Shown here in pieces: positions 20,979-33,091 of a DNA stretch of 64,000 bases. A model generated the notes under the pieces. It was not told where the DNA came from, did no database searches, and was given only the letters and a program-made list of their open reading frames with translations. The stretch comes from an uncultured bacterium. GTDB lineage: Bacteria; SAR324; NAC60-12. Positions within the stretch are counted from its first letter, which is position 1. Each line of letters starts with the position of its first letter. The stretch lies in NCBI GenBank assembly GCA_965662845.1, contig CBFIJD010000011.1, positions 1 through 64,000 of the forward strand, read 5' to 3'. The translations under genes and the position numbers were made by a program.

Positions 20979-22211
20979 CTAGCGCCATCGGGTTGGATAT
21001 TTGCGTGGCTGCGCTCGCAGTTGAGAAGCAGTATCAGTAGCAAACCTCTTCGATAGGGCAAGGCGAATTTCCTGACGGACTGCTTCGGTGGGCTCGATGC
21101 GCAAGCGTTTTCGTAAGGCTTGCTGCGCTACGTTTTGACGAAACTTTCCAAGCGCCCATGCTGCGTGACCGCGCACCAGCTCCTCCGAGTCGTGCAACGC
21201 TTTGCACAAGACGGGCAGCGCTTGGGGATGTCGGGCGTTGCCGAGCGCCACGGCGACATTCCGCAGCAGACCACGGCGCTTGGTGCGTTTGACCGGGCTG
21301 TGCTGAAACATAGCTGAGAACTCGCTCTGCGTGAGCGTCATCCAGCGTCGTAAGTCTCGCTGTTGCACCACGGGACGGGCCTCCCAAATCGAGTCGGCGC
21401 TCAGCGGAGACTTGCGGTTCCACGGGCAGACTTCCTGGCAAACATCACACCCGAAGATCCAATTAGACATCGAAGAACGCAGCGCTTGTGGGATCGCTGT
21501 CTTGAGTTCAATCGTGAGATAAGAGATGCAGCGCCGAGCATCCACGGTGCGGTCGGCTACAATCGCCTGCGTAGGGCAGGCAGAGATGCAGCGGGTGCAG
21601 GAGCCACAGTCAATGCCTGCGAAAGGAGCCTCCGTGGGCAAGGCTCGGTCAATCAAAATCTCTGTCAAAAAGAGCCAAGATCCCAACTTTGGATGAATCA
21701 CATTCGAGTGTTTGCCAAACCAGCCGAGCCCCGCTTTCCAAGCCATCTCTCGCTCTAAAATGGGGCCAGTGTCGACATACACGCGTGTGCCCTCATACTC
21801 GTGAGCAAAGGCGCTGTTCAAAAGAAACTGCCGCATTTGCTCCAAGCGCTCGCGCAAGATGAGATGATAGTCAGCGCCGTGGGCGTAGCGACTGAATTTT
21901 CCTTGCAGGCTGGAGCGCTTGGCGATGGCCGTGTTGTGCCCTCGGTTGTAGTTGCAAGCGAGGACAATCACCGTGAGCGCGGAGGGCACAATCCGCCGTG
22001 GGTCGGCCTTCTGTTCTGCGTGACGGCGCAAATATTCCATGGCGCCAGCGTGTCCTTGTTCCAGCCAGCGCTCATAGTGGGCAAGGGTTTGGCTGGGTTC
22101 GACCGGCGCAAAGCCACACCAGTCAAAGCCCAACGCCGAGGCTTGCTGCCGAATCGCTTCTGGGGCTGTTAGCTCCATTCTTCTCGTTGAGCCGTTCTCT
22201 TTGGAATCCAT
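20979..22211 (-). CDS. queG: Epoxyqueuosine reductase with C-terminal HEAT repeats
   Basis: SRYA.G.DYH, VDTGPILERE, CGSCTRCISACPT, CISYLTIE, GCDVCQEVCPWN; alternative start at 22178. Confidence 0.95.
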   Translation of the reverse strand: MDSKENGSTRRMELTAPEAIRQQASALGFDWCGFAPVEPSQTLAHYERWLEQGHAGAMEYLRRHAEQKADPRRIVPSALTVIVLACNYNRGHNTAIAKRSSLQGKFSRYAHGADYHLILRERLEQMRQFLLNSAFAHEYEGTRVYVDTGPILEREMAWKAGLGWFGKHSNVIHPKLGSWLFLTEILIDRALPTEAPFAGIDCGSCTRCISACPTQAIVADRTVDARRCISYLTIELKTAIPQALRSSMSNWIFGCDVCQEVCPWNRKSPLSADSIWEARPVVQQRDLRRWMTLTQSEFSAMFQHSPVKRTKRRGLLRNVAVALGNARHPQALPVLCKALHDSEELVRGHAAWALGKFRQNVAQQALRKRLRIEPTEAVRQEIRLALSKRFATDTASQLRAQPRKYPTRWR

Positions 22212-23384
22212 ATGTTCACGTGGTTAGATGCTCTGTTTTCTGTATCGCTGGCGATGGGTTGTGTGGCGTGGTGGGGCCTCGGCTGGTGCGTCAACCGGTG
22301 CTGGCAAATCATCCCTGCTTTGTGCGATCAAACTCTTGAACCTCGGACCCACTGGCCACGCCTGAGTGTCGTCGTTCCGGCGCGGGACGAAGCGGCGACC
22401 TTGCGAGAGGCGATGCGCTCGTTACAAGCATCGACCTATCCCAACTTGGAGCTGATTTTGGTAAATGACCGCTCCACAGATGCGACAGGGGCCATGATGG
22501 AAGAGCTGGCTGCTGCAGATGAACGCATACGGGTGCAGCATGTCACAGCGCTGCCCGCAGGCTGGTTGGGGAAGGTACACGCTTTGGAGGTCGGACGCCA
22601 ACAAGCGAGTGGCGAATGGCTGGTGTTCACGGATGCCGATGTGCACTTTGCACCCGATGCGCTGAGCAAAGCCGTGTGTTGGGCCGAGCGCCAGGAGCGC
22701 GATTTTGTGTCTGTCATTCCCGAAGTGCTGGCGCCAAGTGCGTTGCACCGCAGCGTATACACGTTCCTGTTGAGCGGGTTCTTCTTAGGAACCCGAGCTT
22801 GGCAAGTCAACGCAGATCAGAGCTTTGTGGGCGCCGGCGCCTTTGGGATGGTTCGGCGAGAGCTGCTGGAGCGTTCGCCCGGTTTTGCCTGGCTGCGTTT
22901 AGAAGTCTTGGATGACATTGGCTTAGCCCAGACGATGTTTCAGGAGGGGGCTCGGTGCGGCGTTTTGTGGGGACGCCCGGCGATCTCGCTGGAGTGGTAT
23001 CCTTCGATTCTCAAGCTGTTGCAGGGGCTGGAAAAAAATCTGTTCGCTGCGGCCTGTCAATATCGCTATGAGCGCGCCGTGGGCGTGATTGTGTTGACGC
23101 TGTGGATCGGCATCGCCCCATGGCTTGCGCTGGCGAGTGGTGGGGGATGGGGGGTGTTGGGGCTCTCGGCGCTCGTCAGCTATGGCTGGTCTTGGCGCAA
23201 AGGAGATTTGGTGCAGCGTGCCACATGGCGAGAACGCGCCCTGAGTCTGTTGTTATTCCCGATGTTCCCGCTTGCGTTAGGGCTCTCTGTGAGGGCTTGC
23301 TGGCGCCATGATGGCGTTGTCTGGCGTGGGACGCGTTACGCCTTGTCATCCTTGCGACGTGGCCGGCGTCTGCAGCTGTGGTAA
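22212..23384 (+). CDS. Membrane GT2 glycosyltransferase (hopanoid/carotenoid GT-like)
   Basis: VVVPARDE, VNDRSTD, LPAGWLGKVHAL, FTDAD, DD motif, WRGTRY; transmembrane helices. Confidence 0.85.
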   Translation: MFTWLDALFSVSLAMGCVAWWGLGWCVNRCWQIIPALCDQTLEPRTHWPRLSVVVPARDEAATLREAMRSLQASTYPNLELILVNDRSTDATGAMMEELAAADERIRVQHVTALPAGWLGKVHALEVGRQQASGEWLVFTDADVHFAPDALSKAVCWAERQERDFVSVIPEVLAPSALHRSVYTFLLSGFFLGTRAWQVNADQSFVGAGAFGMVRRELLERSPGFAWLRLEVLDDIGLAQTMFQEGARCGVLWGRPAISLEWYPSILKLLQGLEKNLFAAACQYRYERAVGVIVLTLWIGIAPWLALASGGGWGVLGLSALVSYGWSWRKGDLVQRATWRERALSLLLFPMFPLALGLSVRACWRHDGVVWRGTRYALSSLRRGRRLQLW

Positions 23385-23445
23385 ACCGCTGCCCCTTCTT
23401 CCTTCCCCTTTGAGTAATTTGACCAATCTTTGACGGAGCTTCTCT

Positions 23446-23805
23446 GTGATCCAAGGTCTTGACCATGTGAACGTGCGCACCATCAATCTGGAAGCGACAG
23501 TACAGTTTTATCAAGAACTCCTTGAGTTGCAGACGGGGCCTCGCCCTCCGCTAGCTTCTGCAGGAGTGTGGCTCTACGCGGGAGAGAAACCGCTGATTCA
23601 TGTGAGCGTCGTGTCAGAGCTTCCGACAGGCGAGAGCGCGTTGAATCACTTTGCGCTGTTGATTACCGATTACGATGCGATGCGAAGACGGTTGCTCGAC
23701 CACCATTTGTCTTTTCAGGAGGTGGAGACCCCCGCTTGGGGGATGCGCCAAATCTTTGTGCAGGATCCGAACGGTGTGCGGATTGAACTACAGGCGAGAG
23801 AGTGA
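23446..23805 (+). CDS. VOC/glyoxalase family protein
   Basis: LDHVNVRT, FYQELL, LNHFAL, QIFVQDPNGVRIEL. Confidence 0.9.
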   Translation: MIQGLDHVNVRTINLEATVQFYQELLELQTGPRPPLASAGVWLYAGEKPLIHVSVVSELPTGESALNHFALLITDYDAMRRRLLDHHLSFQEVETPAWGMRQIFVQDPNGVRIELQARE

Positions 23806-23824
23806 TCGAGACCGGTGGAGAAGT

Positions 23825-23850
23825 GCCCCTCCCCAAGAGAGGGTGGGGGC
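23825..23850. terminator. GC-rich hairpin between convergent genes
   Basis: GCCCCTCCC...GGGTGGGGGC inverted repeat; no clear U-tract. Confidence 0.35.
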
Positions 23851-23865
23851 GTAGATCGGGGAGAG

Positions 23866-25554
23866 TTAGTTCGGCAGGAGGTTTGTGCCCGTGAAGTTGT
23901 CTTGCTCAGAAAGAATGTGGAACTGGCGCACTTGATGCGACATAAAATCGGCTTGTTCCTTGAGTGTGTTGCTTGCCATCGTCGTTTGCCCCACACCGAA
24001 CTGCGTCTGTTGGATCCCATCATTGAGTTGCTTCAGCCCCAGATAGATCTCCTCGGCTCCTTTGGCCTGCTGCCCGCTCGCTTCGGAAATGTTGCGGACC
24101 ACGCTGCCGACTTTCTCCATTCCTTCCACAATGGTGCGCAGTTGATCTGAGGTCTCATCGGAGAGCTTCACGCCTCGTTCGATGGAAGACACGGACTTTT
24201 GCACCAGCTCGGTGATCTCGTGCGCCGCTTGTGCGCTGTGCTGGGCGAGTGCGCGCACCTCTTCGGCCACCACTGCGAAGCCTTTGCCGTGTTCTCCTGC
24301 GCGAGCCGCTTCTACAGAGGCGTTGATGGCAAGCACGTTGGTTTGAAAGGCGATTTCTTCGATCGTCTTGATGATGCGCGAAATGTTCTCGGAGTTGTTC
24401 TGAATCTCGTGTACGGCTTCGACCATCTGGTTCATTTGCTGCTGCCCTTGTTCGGCTTTGCGTTGGGCGTCGGTGGCGAGTTCGTCTGCTTCTGAGGAAT
24501 AGTCCGAGTTTTGTTGGGCTTGTTCTGAGATCTCGCGCATGGAAGCGGAGATCTCTTCCAGACTGGCAGCCTGGGTTGTTGAGGCCTGTTCGAGTTGTTG
24601 GCTGGACTGCAGCAAGCTCACCGCGCTGCTGTTGAACTCTTCGCTGTGATGCTGAATGTTGCGGATGATCTGGGTGAGGCTCTGGTTGGTTTGACGAAGA
24701 TAGTCGCGAATCACACCACGCGCTTCAAAAGTGAAGTCTCCCGAAGACAGGCGTGAGAACGCGGCGAGGACGTCATCTTGAAGATTTGCGGCGAGGCGAT
24801 CAACGGCTTTCGCGACCTGCCCGACTTCGTCTTGGGACTCAATCTCTGTGCGCTTGTCGAGCTGGCCACGGTCGATGCTGGTCACGACATCGAGCACTTT
24901 GCGCAAGGGACGAGAGACTTGGAACGCGTTGAACACGGCGAAGCCCATCGCGGCGACGCTCAACAACCCGATGACGACTCCGAGCCATGTGAGCGAATCA
25001 ATAATCGCTGCGTCTGGCGTGTCGGCTGTGTAGACGCCGTATGTGAGCGTCCAGCCCCACGGAGCGAAGTAGCGCCCATAGCTCAGCTTCTCATGCAAGC
25101 CGTCTATACCGGGCTTGTTCCACATGTAGTACAAGAACCCCTCCCCCTCATTCCTAGCCATACGGGTCAAGTCCGCTACGATGCGTACGCCGTTCTCATC
25201 TTTGAGGTTGCTGAGGTTCTTGCCTACTAAGCTGGGTTGAGCTGGGTGGATGACCATGTTCATGTCTTGATCAGTGACAAAAACATAAGATTGCCGGTAG
25301 CGGAAGTTGTTGATGATCTGCGTGGCTTGACGCTTTGCCTCTTCGTCGGTGATCGTGCCGCTGCGCACTTGAGAAACAAGCTGGTCAAGTACGGCACTTA
25401 ACTGCAGCACAGGGATGCGCAAATTCTCTTTTTGGGATTCTTCGGTCTCATCCAAGATGAGCGGCAGACCAATGCCGAAAAAGCCGATGAGCGGCAGCAG
25501 CAAGGTCAAGGATGCGATGACCATGATTTTGTTGAAGATGCTCAGGTTCTTCAC
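23866..25554 (-). CDS. Methyl-accepting chemotaxis protein (Cache-2 sensor, HAMP, signalling domain)
   Basis: TM, then Cache (YVFV, HP, YYMWNKPG, KLSY), TM, HAMP (DEVGQV); IAFQTNVLAINASVEAARAGEHGKGFAVVAEEVR. Confidence 0.95.
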   Translation of the reverse strand: MKNLSIFNKIMVIASLTLLLPLIGFFGIGLPLILDETEESQKENLRIPVLQLSAVLDQLVSQVRSGTITDEEAKRQATQIINNFRYRQSYVFVTDQDMNMVIHPAQPSLVGKNLSNLKDENGVRIVADLTRMARNEGEGFLYYMWNKPGIDGLHEKLSYGRYFAPWGWTLTYGVYTADTPDAAIIDSLTWLGVVIGLLSVAAMGFAVFNAFQVSRPLRKVLDVVTSIDRGQLDKRTEIESQDEVGQVAKAVDRLAANLQDDVLAAFSRLSSGDFTFEARGVIRDYLRQTNQSLTQIIRNIQHHSEEFNSSAVSLLQSSQQLEQASTTQAASLEEISASMREISEQAQQNSDYSSEADELATDAQRKAEQGQQQMNQMVEAVHEIQNNSENISRIIKTIEEIAFQTNVLAINASVEAARAGEHGKGFAVVAEEVRALAQHSAQAAHEITELVQKSVSSIERGVKLSDETSDQLRTIVEGMEKVGSVVRNISEASGQQAKGAEEIYLGLKQLNDGIQQTQFGVGQTTMASNTLKEQADFMSHQVRQFHILSEQDNFTGTNLLPN

Positions 25555-26018
25555 GATTTCCTTTCCCCGTCAGGGTGTTTGGAGGGGGTTTAGTGACAGA
25601 TGACGTCTTGTCTAAGCTTTCGTAAGTTGCGAAGCAAATCGGGGCACAACTATGAAAATAATGCTCAAAAAGCAAGCTGCATTCTTTGTAAAGATTGCTG
25701 TGAAAAGTCTCTAAAATAAATCCAAAAACGAGCAGAAATTTGATTTTAACTAAGCTCTAACACTATCCTAACTATTCGCTAACAAACGGGAGCCTTGGGG
25801 AGGAAACAACGCGGTCTTTCTCCAGCTTAGTCTCTGACTGGATATACAGAGAAAAAACGATAACAGCACAATGGAATTGTCATCCCTCTGCAACTGTGCC
25901 AGATTCTTCGGCTTTGATGTCGCCCTGCCTCGCAAAAGGATGGCCGACAGCTACGCTGTGTTTCTGTCTGTAAAATGAGATATTTTGTGCTTCAACCACA
26001 TCTTACGGATTCTTTGTT

Positions 26019-26462
26019 ATGAACCCTCAAGAGATTTGCGTACAACTGACCAAAGACAAGCACCTTGCGCATTGGACGCCTGACGAATGGAAGGCGCTAT
26101 TGCGCGTGTTGTATGGTCTTTACAAAGCGGATGGGAATGTGTCTGAGGAAGAGATGCAGGACTTGCAGCACCGCATGGCGATCATGGGGATAGAAGCGGG
26201 GCACTGGGAGCGGCTGACCCTGAAGCAGGCTTTGATGGTGCTGAAGGAAGACAAAGCCAAGCACGAGCTGATGTATTTGATTTTAGCGACCGCAGTCTTT
26301 CAGGACGGACGCTACACAGATGAGGAACAAGATTATTTGGAGCGACTGATCGAGGAATACGGGCTCAGCCGAACGCGCATGGATCGTCATTTACGAGCCG
26401 TGCAGGCGACGCATGTCTCAACCCTGCTTGAAGAGTGGCTGAAAGAGCACACCCCGAGCTAG
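26019..26462 (+). CDS. TerB-like / DUF533-like protein
   Basis: Two half-repeats, ADGNVSEEE and QDGRYTDEE. Confidence 0.65.
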   Translation: MNPQEICVQLTKDKHLAHWTPDEWKALLRVLYGLYKADGNVSEEEMQDLQHRMAIMGIEAGHWERLTLKQALMVLKEDKAKHELMYLILATAVFQDGRYTDEEQDYLERLIEEYGLSRTRMDRHLRAVQATHVSTLLEEWLKEHTPS

Positions 26463-27373
26463 GAGCCTTGCAGCTGGCGGAACTGCGCGCGGTGAAAAAA
26501 GGTGATGGGAATGAGTAAGAAGCCGAGCATCACCATGGCAACCGCCGAGGCAATCGGCCAGTCGCGATTATTGAAGAATTCCTGCCACAAGACCTTCCCA
26601 ATCATCAACGTCCCTGGCCCACCCAACAGCTCGGGGATCACAAACTCCCCCACAGCTGGAATGAAAACTAATAAAGATCCCGCGATGATGCCCGAACGGC
26701 TCAACGGTAGCGTGACTCGCACAAACACTTTCCAAGGCCGAGCGCCCAAGTCAGCTGCCGCTTCCAGCAGCGTCGTGTCAAGCTTGACAAGGTTTGTGTA
26801 TAGGGGCAGCACCATGAACGGCAGATAGGCATAAACAATCCCCAGATAAACCGCGAACTCTGTGTGCAAAAGCTGCAGCGGCTCCTCAAGCACGCCGAGC
26901 CAGAGGAGTAGGTTGTTGAGTAGTCCGTTATTTTTGAGGATGCCAATCCACGCGTAAATCCGGATGAGAAAAGACGTCCACGACGGCAAGATAATCGCCA
27001 GCAACCAGATGTTGCGAGAGTTCGGAGGCATACGGGCAATGGCATAAGCCATCGGATAGCCCAACAACAAGCACAGGAAGGTGGAGATGGCAGCGACCTT
27101 GACCGAGTTGAGATAGGCCAACAGATAAAGCGGATCGCTGAGCAAAAATTGATAGTTGCCCAGCTGCAATGTGACACGTAACGCAGAGCCGTCCCACTGC
27201 CACAGCTCGGTGAATGGAGGCAAAGCGATCTCGGCCATTGCCAAGCTGATCTTGAGGACAAAGCCGAAGGGCACCAGCAGAAACAACAACAGCCACCCAT
27301 AGGGGATGCTGATCAGCAGTCGTTTGCCGCTGGGAATCCAGTGGCGAGGTTGTAACCAAAGGGGAGCTTTCAT
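26459..27373 (-). CDS. potH: Putrescine ABC transporter permease
   Basis: IPYGWLLLF, LPSWTSFLIRIYAW, LLEAAADLGA, EFFNNRDWP. Confidence 0.93.
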   Translation of the reverse strand: MKAPLWLQPRHWIPSGKRLLISIPYGWLLLFLLVPFGFVLKISLAMAEIALPPFTELWQWDGSALRVTLQLGNYQFLLSDPLYLLAYLNSVKVAAISTFLCLLLGYPMAYAIARMPPNSRNIWLLAIILPSWTSFLIRIYAWIGILKNNGLLNNLLLWLGVLEEPLQLLHTEFAVYLGIVYAYLPFMVLPLYTNLVKLDTTLLEAAADLGARPWKVFVRVTLPLSRSGIIAGSLLVFIPAVGEFVIPELLGGPGTLMIGKVLWQEFFNNRDWPIASAVAMVMLGFLLIPITFFHRAQFRQLQGS

Positions 27374-28476
27374 TGCGTCAAGACCACACCGCTGTTGGGT
27401 TGCCAGTGCAGATACACGGTGTCTTCCCAAGTTGGAGGTTCCGCCCAGCGCTCAAGGTTTTGGACGAGCGCTCGCACGATTTTTCCCGTCGCCAATTGGA
27501 CGTGGTAGATCGAGTGGCTGCCCAAGTAGGCGATGTCATGCACGATGCCTTGCGCGAAGTTGTACTTTGTGTCCTCTGGAGGTTCGGTCGAAAGCGCGGT
27601 CTTCTCAGGCCGCAACGCAATCCACACGGGCATGCCTTCGACCCCTGTGATGCCATGGTCGACATAAATCTCTGTTGGGAACTCAGGAGACGTCACGATG
27701 ACATGATCGGGTTCATCCACCGTCAGAGTCCCCGCCAGCAGATTGACCGATCCAATGAACTCAGCAGTGAAGCGACAGTTGGGGGTCTCATACACATCAC
27801 GTGGTGTGCCCACTTGCAGCAGACGACCGTCGTTCATGATCCCGATGCGGGTCGCCATCGTCATCGCTTCTTCTTGATCATGCGTGACCATGATGCATGT
27901 TGCGCCCACGCCTTCCAAGATATCTACGACTTCTAGCTGCATTCGCTCGCGCAACTTTTTGTCGAGAGCCCCCATGGGTTCATCGAGGAGCAGCAGCTTG
28001 GGGCGTTTCGCCAGAATACGCGCCAGCGCGATGCGCTGCTTTTGCCCGCCCGAGAGCTGGTCGGGGCGACGCGCGGCGAATTTTCCCATCTGCACAAGCT
28101 CTAGGGATTCGGCAACGCGCTGCTTGATCTCAGGCTGTGGCAGCTTCTCTTGTTCCAAGCCAAAGGCGACGTTTTTCGCGACGCTCAAGTGGGGAAATAA
28201 GGCGTAAGACTGAAACATCATGTTCACAGGGCGCAGGTGCGGCGGAATCCCAGACATGTCGAGTCCATCAATCTGGATCTTGCCTGCGGTTGGAATTTCG
28301 AGCCCGGCGAGCATGCGCAACAGCGTGGATTTGCCGCATCCTGAACTCCCGAGCAACGCGAAAATCTCCCCCTTGTGAACCTCCAAATCCACGGTTTCGA
28401 CGACCGTTTGACCATCAAAGCTTTTGCTGATTTTTTGCACTTGAACGTAAGGCGGAGGGGGCTCTTGCGACGACAT
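27370..28476 (-). CDS. potG: Putrescine ABC transporter ATPase
   Basis: GSSGCGKST, MFQSYALFPH, LSGGQ, TOBE-like C-terminus. Confidence 0.93.
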   Translation of the reverse strand: MSSQEPPPPYVQVQKISKSFDGQTVVETVDLEVHKGEIFALLGSSGCGKSTLLRMLAGLEIPTAGKIQIDGLDMSGIPPHLRPVNMMFQSYALFPHLSVAKNVAFGLEQEKLPQPEIKQRVAESLELVQMGKFAARRPDQLSGGQKQRIALARILAKRPKLLLLDEPMGALDKKLRERMQLEVVDILEGVGATCIMVTHDQEEAMTMATRIGIMNDGRLLQVGTPRDVYETPNCRFTAEFIGSVNLLAGTLTVDEPDHVIVTSPEFPTEIYVDHGITGVEGMPVWIALRPEKTALSTEPPEDTKYNFAQGIVHDIAYLGSHSIYHVQLATGKIVRALVQNLERWAEPPTWEDTVYLHWQPNSGVVLTQ

Positions 28477-28504
28477 AAAGCTGCATGTAACGAGAGGGAA
28501 GAGC

Positions 28505-28525
28505 GCTCCGGCAAGGAACCGGAGC
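28505..28525. other. Intercistronic hairpin between potF and potG
   Basis: GCTCCGG-CAAGGAA-CCGGAGC perfect stem, at a position typical of mRNA-stabilising stems after binding-protein genes. Confidence 0.5.
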
Positions 28526-28542
28526 AGAGTGGGAACCGTGGC

Positions 28543-29712
<1,170 letters not shown>

Positions 29713-29787
29713 CTAAGATCTTTCCCTAAATCTACAAGGGAATCTTTTCAGACCTTTGCAAGGCTGTGGGAGAGGGAGGAGGGAGGC

Positions 29788-31371
29788 TCACCGACGGATC
29801 GAACGCAAGAGTTGGCGCAGCTGCTCGTCTCGAACTCTCCAGAGCAACAGCAAATAAAACAGCGCCGCGCTGCTGATCAATGTGAGAAACCAAAACCAGT
29901 TGCTCCAAGCGAAGGGCCCGGCCTCCCATGATCGCCATTGACTGCCAAACCAAGTCATCCCTCCCAGAACGCTGGCTCCCCCAACGTAGATCCCAACGGC
30001 GCGAACTTCCCAAATCTGGGCGAGCGCGAACGGGCGCTTTTTTAAGAACCACAACAAGGCCCCCAGCTGCGCAAAGGTCCCGACAGAGAGAGCTAGCGCC
30101 AGCCCGACGACCTGTAGAGATTGGCTCCACCACCACCCTAACGTGGTCGTCAATACCAAACTGAAAAGGGACGCGCGGACAGGCGTCTTGGTGTCTTGCA
30201 GAGCATAAAATAAAGAGACGACCAAACGGACGAGCGCGACAGCAGGAATGCTCAGCGCAAAGGCCTGTAGCGTCTCGGCAGTGATTTGCACATCTGCCCA
30301 CGTGAAGGCTCCATGCCGATACAGCATGCTCACGATGGGTTCCGCTAGACCGATCAGGCCGGCGGTGGCTGGAAGCACAATGAAGAGAGTAGAGAGCAAA
30401 CTGGTACGCAGAGTCCCTAAGACGCGCTCGGATTCGTCCCGCGCTTGTTGTGCGCTTAAATCTGGAAAACTCGCAGTCGTGATGGCGAACGCAAAGACGC
30501 CCAGCACCAGCTCGGTCAGTCGGCTGGCGTTGTAATAATAGGTGACTTGTCCTTCGGGTAAGAAGCTAGCGAGGTTGCGGAGGATGATAATATTGAGTTG
30601 ATAGACCGCGACTCCGAGCAAGGACGGCCCCAAGAGCCGCAGCAAGCGTCGCACGTCTGCATTGCGCCAGAAGGCTCTGGGCCGCACAGGTTGAGTGATT
30701 TTTTGCAGTGACGGCAGCTGCAAGATCACTTGCGCCAGCCCCCCAAACAGGACCCCCCAAGCAACCGCTTCAATCGGCTGCGAGAAAAGATCAGAAAATC
30801 CCCAAGCCGCGACAATAATGGCGACATTGAGAAACAGCGGGGCTGCGGCTGGAGCGGCAAAGCGCTTCTCTGCGTTCAAGACTCCCATGGCCCAAGCGAC
30901 TACAGAGACAAGGATGAGGTAGGGGAACATCACGCGATTGAGCGCGCTAGTCAGGGCAAACTTCTCAGGATCATCGGCGAAACCTGCGGCGAACAACCAC
31001 ACTAGCTGCGGGCTGAAGAGTATGCCCAGCGCTGAAATCATGCCTGTCCCAGCGAGAACAAGACCCAACACACGGGCGGCAAACAAGCGGGCCTCCTCGG
31101 CCGAGCGCTGTTCCCGGATTTCGGTATAGAGTGGCAAAAAGGCGAGGGTCATGGAGCCTTCGGCGGTCAACCGACGGAACACATTCGGGATCGTAAACGC
31201 TTGGATGAAAGCGTCCATCGCGAGTCCTGCTCCGAAGAGATGGGCAAGAACCAGATCACGGACGGCGCCAAGAATGCGAGAGAGCAGCGTGAAGAAGGTG
31301 ATGACTCCAGCACGCTGCCAAAGAGAGGAGCCCCTCGGGAGAGAGGCGGAAGAGGGAGGAGATTCGCTCAA
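29788..31371 (-). CDS. murJ: Lipid II flippase
   Basis: [25 protein letters not shown], many transmembrane helices. Confidence 0.95.
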   Translation of the reverse strand: MSESPPSSASLPRGSSLWQRAGVITFFTLLSRILGAVRDLVLAHLFGAGLAMDAFIQAFTIPNVFRRLTAEGSMTLAFLPLYTEIREQRSAEEARLFAARVLGLVLAGTGMISALGILFSPQLVWLFAAGFADDPEKFALTSALNRVMFPYLILVSVVAWAMGVLNAEKRFAAPAAAPLFLNVAIIVAAWGFSDLFSQPIEAVAWGVLFGGLAQVILQLPSLQKITQPVRPRAFWRNADVRRLLRLLGPSLLGVAVYQLNIIILRNLASFLPEGQVTYYYNASRLTELVLGVFAFAITTASFPDLSAQQARDESERVLGTLRTSLLSTLFIVLPATAGLIGLAEPIVSMLYRHGAFTWADVQITAETLQAFALSIPAVALVRLVVSLFYALQDTKTPVRASLFSLVLTTTLGWWWSQSLQVVGLALALSVGTFAQLGALLWFLKKRPFALAQIWEVRAVGIYVGGASVLGGMTWFGSQWRSWEAGPFAWSNWFWFLTLISSAALFYLLLLWRVRDEQLRQLLRSIRR

Positions 31372-32960
31372 TTCGCGCGTGGTCCAGCGTTGATGATGGC
31401 TTCACTGGAGCCGGCTTTGAATTGATCAAAGTTTTTCTCGAAGAGACCAGCCAACTTGAGGCGTGTCGCCGCGTAAGCGGTCTTGTCGCTCCAAGTGTTT
31501 TCTGGCCACATAACCTCTGAGGGCACATGAGGGCATTCCGTTGGAACCTCGAAACCGAAGACCTCGTCCAAGCGAGTTGGGGCGTCTTTCAACTGCCCTC
31601 CTAGAATGGCATCGATGATGGAACGCGTGTGCTTGAGAGACATGCGCTCGCCCACACCATAACCACCGCCACTCCAGCCGGTGTTGACCAACCAGACATT
31701 GGCGTTGTTGTCTTCAATGCGCTTAGCGAGCAGCTCGGCATACTTGCTTGGATGCCAAACCATGAACGCTGCGCCAAAGCAAGCAGAGAAGGTCGCTTGA
31801 GGTTCGGTCACTCCCATTTCGGTGCCGGCCACTTTGGCGGTGTATCCACTGATGAAGTGATACATCGCTTGTTCTGGCGTCAGTTTGCTCACGGGAGGCA
31901 ACACACCAAACGCGTCGCATGTGAGGAAGATCACGTTCTGAGGGTGGCCTCCGGTGCAGAACTCTTTTGCGTTGGGGATGTGGTGAATGGGATAAGAGGC
32001 GCGCGTGTTCTCTGTGAGAGAGGTGTCATCGTAGTCAACCTCGTGTGTGCGATCGTTGTAGACCACGTTTTCCAGCAAGGTGCCGTAGCGGATCGCATCA
32101 AAGATTTCGGGTTCCTTCTCAGCGGAGAGGTTGATGCACTTGGCATAGCAGCCCCCTTCAATATTGAAGACACCGTCGTCGGTCCAGCAGTGCTCATCGT
32201 CGCCAATCAGCGCGCGCTTGGGATCAGCCGAGAGGGTCGTCTTGCCCGTACCCGAGAGCCCAAAAAATAGCGCGACGTCTCCGTCCTCGCCTTCATTGGC
32301 TGAGCTGTGCATCGAGACGATGCCCTGCTTCGGCATGATGTAGTTCATGATTGTGAAGACCCCCTTCTTCATCTCGCCAGCGTATTCCGTTCCTAAAATG
32401 ACAAACTCTTTGCGTGCAAAGCTCAAATCCACGCTGGTAGCAGAGGTCATGTGCGAGGTGTAGCGGTTCGCGGGGAACGCTCCTGCGTTGTAGATCACAT
32501 AGTCGGGTTCGCCAAAGTTCGCTAGCTCGGCTTCGGAAGGGCGAATCAGCATGTTATACATGAACAGACAGTGGTAGGGACGAGAGACGATCACGCGGAC
32601 TTTGAGGCGATATTTCGGATCCCAACCTGCGTAACCGTCCATCACATATAGGCGGTCACGCGTATTGAGGTAGTCGATCGCTCGTTCGCGGTTGATTTGA
32701 AAGGTTCGGTCGTCAAGGGGGATGTTGATGTCGCCCCACCAAATGTCTTCGCTGGACTCAGGTTCTTGGACAATGCGTTTGTCTTTGGGGCTGCGCCCTG
32801 TTTTCTCATATGACGAAACGATGAGCGCGCCTTTGTCTGAAATCGCGCAGTCGGGCTCCCGCAAGAGAGCTTCTTGGTATAAGCGTGACGGGTGAGGGTT
32901 CCGCAAAATATCGGTGGCGTGGATTCCGTACTGTTCGAGGTGGAAGGCTTGCTCGGGCAT
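31368..32960 (-). CDS. pckA: PEP carboxykinase (ATP)
   Basis: [41 protein letters not shown]. Confidence 0.97.
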   Translation of the reverse strand: MPEQAFHLEQYGIHATDILRNPHPSRLYQEALLREPDCAISDKGALIVSSYEKTGRSPKDKRIVQEPESSEDIWWGDINIPLDDRTFQINRERAIDYLNTRDRLYVMDGYAGWDPKYRLKVRVIVSRPYHCLFMYNMLIRPSEAELANFGEPDYVIYNAGAFPANRYTSHMTSATSVDLSFARKEFVILGTEYAGEMKKGVFTIMNYIMPKQGIVSMHSSANEGEDGDVALFFGLSGTGKTTLSADPKRALIGDDEHCWTDDGVFNIEGGCYAKCINLSAEKEPEIFDAIRYGTLLENVVYNDRTHEVDYDDTSLTENTRASYPIHHIPNAKEFCTGGHPQNVIFLTCDAFGVLPPVSKLTPEQAMYHFISGYTAKVAGTEMGVTEPQATFSACFGAAFMVWHPSKYAELLAKRIEDNNANVWLVNTGWSGGGYGVGERMSLKHTRSIIDAILGGQLKDAPTRLDEVFGFEVPTECPHVPSEVMWPENTWSDKTAYAATRLKLAGLFEKNFDQFKAGSSEAIINAGPRAN

Positions 32961-33091
32961 CGTTCCTCTGGTGTTATTGGGTCGGGTCGTTTTGGCCTAG
33001 CGGGGAGCGCTTTTTGCGGACGAAGAAGCGTCACACAAGAAGACTCCGTGCAAAGAAAAGCTCAAAACTATATGTGGGTTTAGACGAAAGT

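Noticed and set aside
25555..26018. Long AT-rich intergenic region as an ncRNA or sigma28 promoter
   Set aside because: No convincing TAAA-N15-GCCGATAA or known RNA motif found; treated as ordinary divergent promoter DNA.
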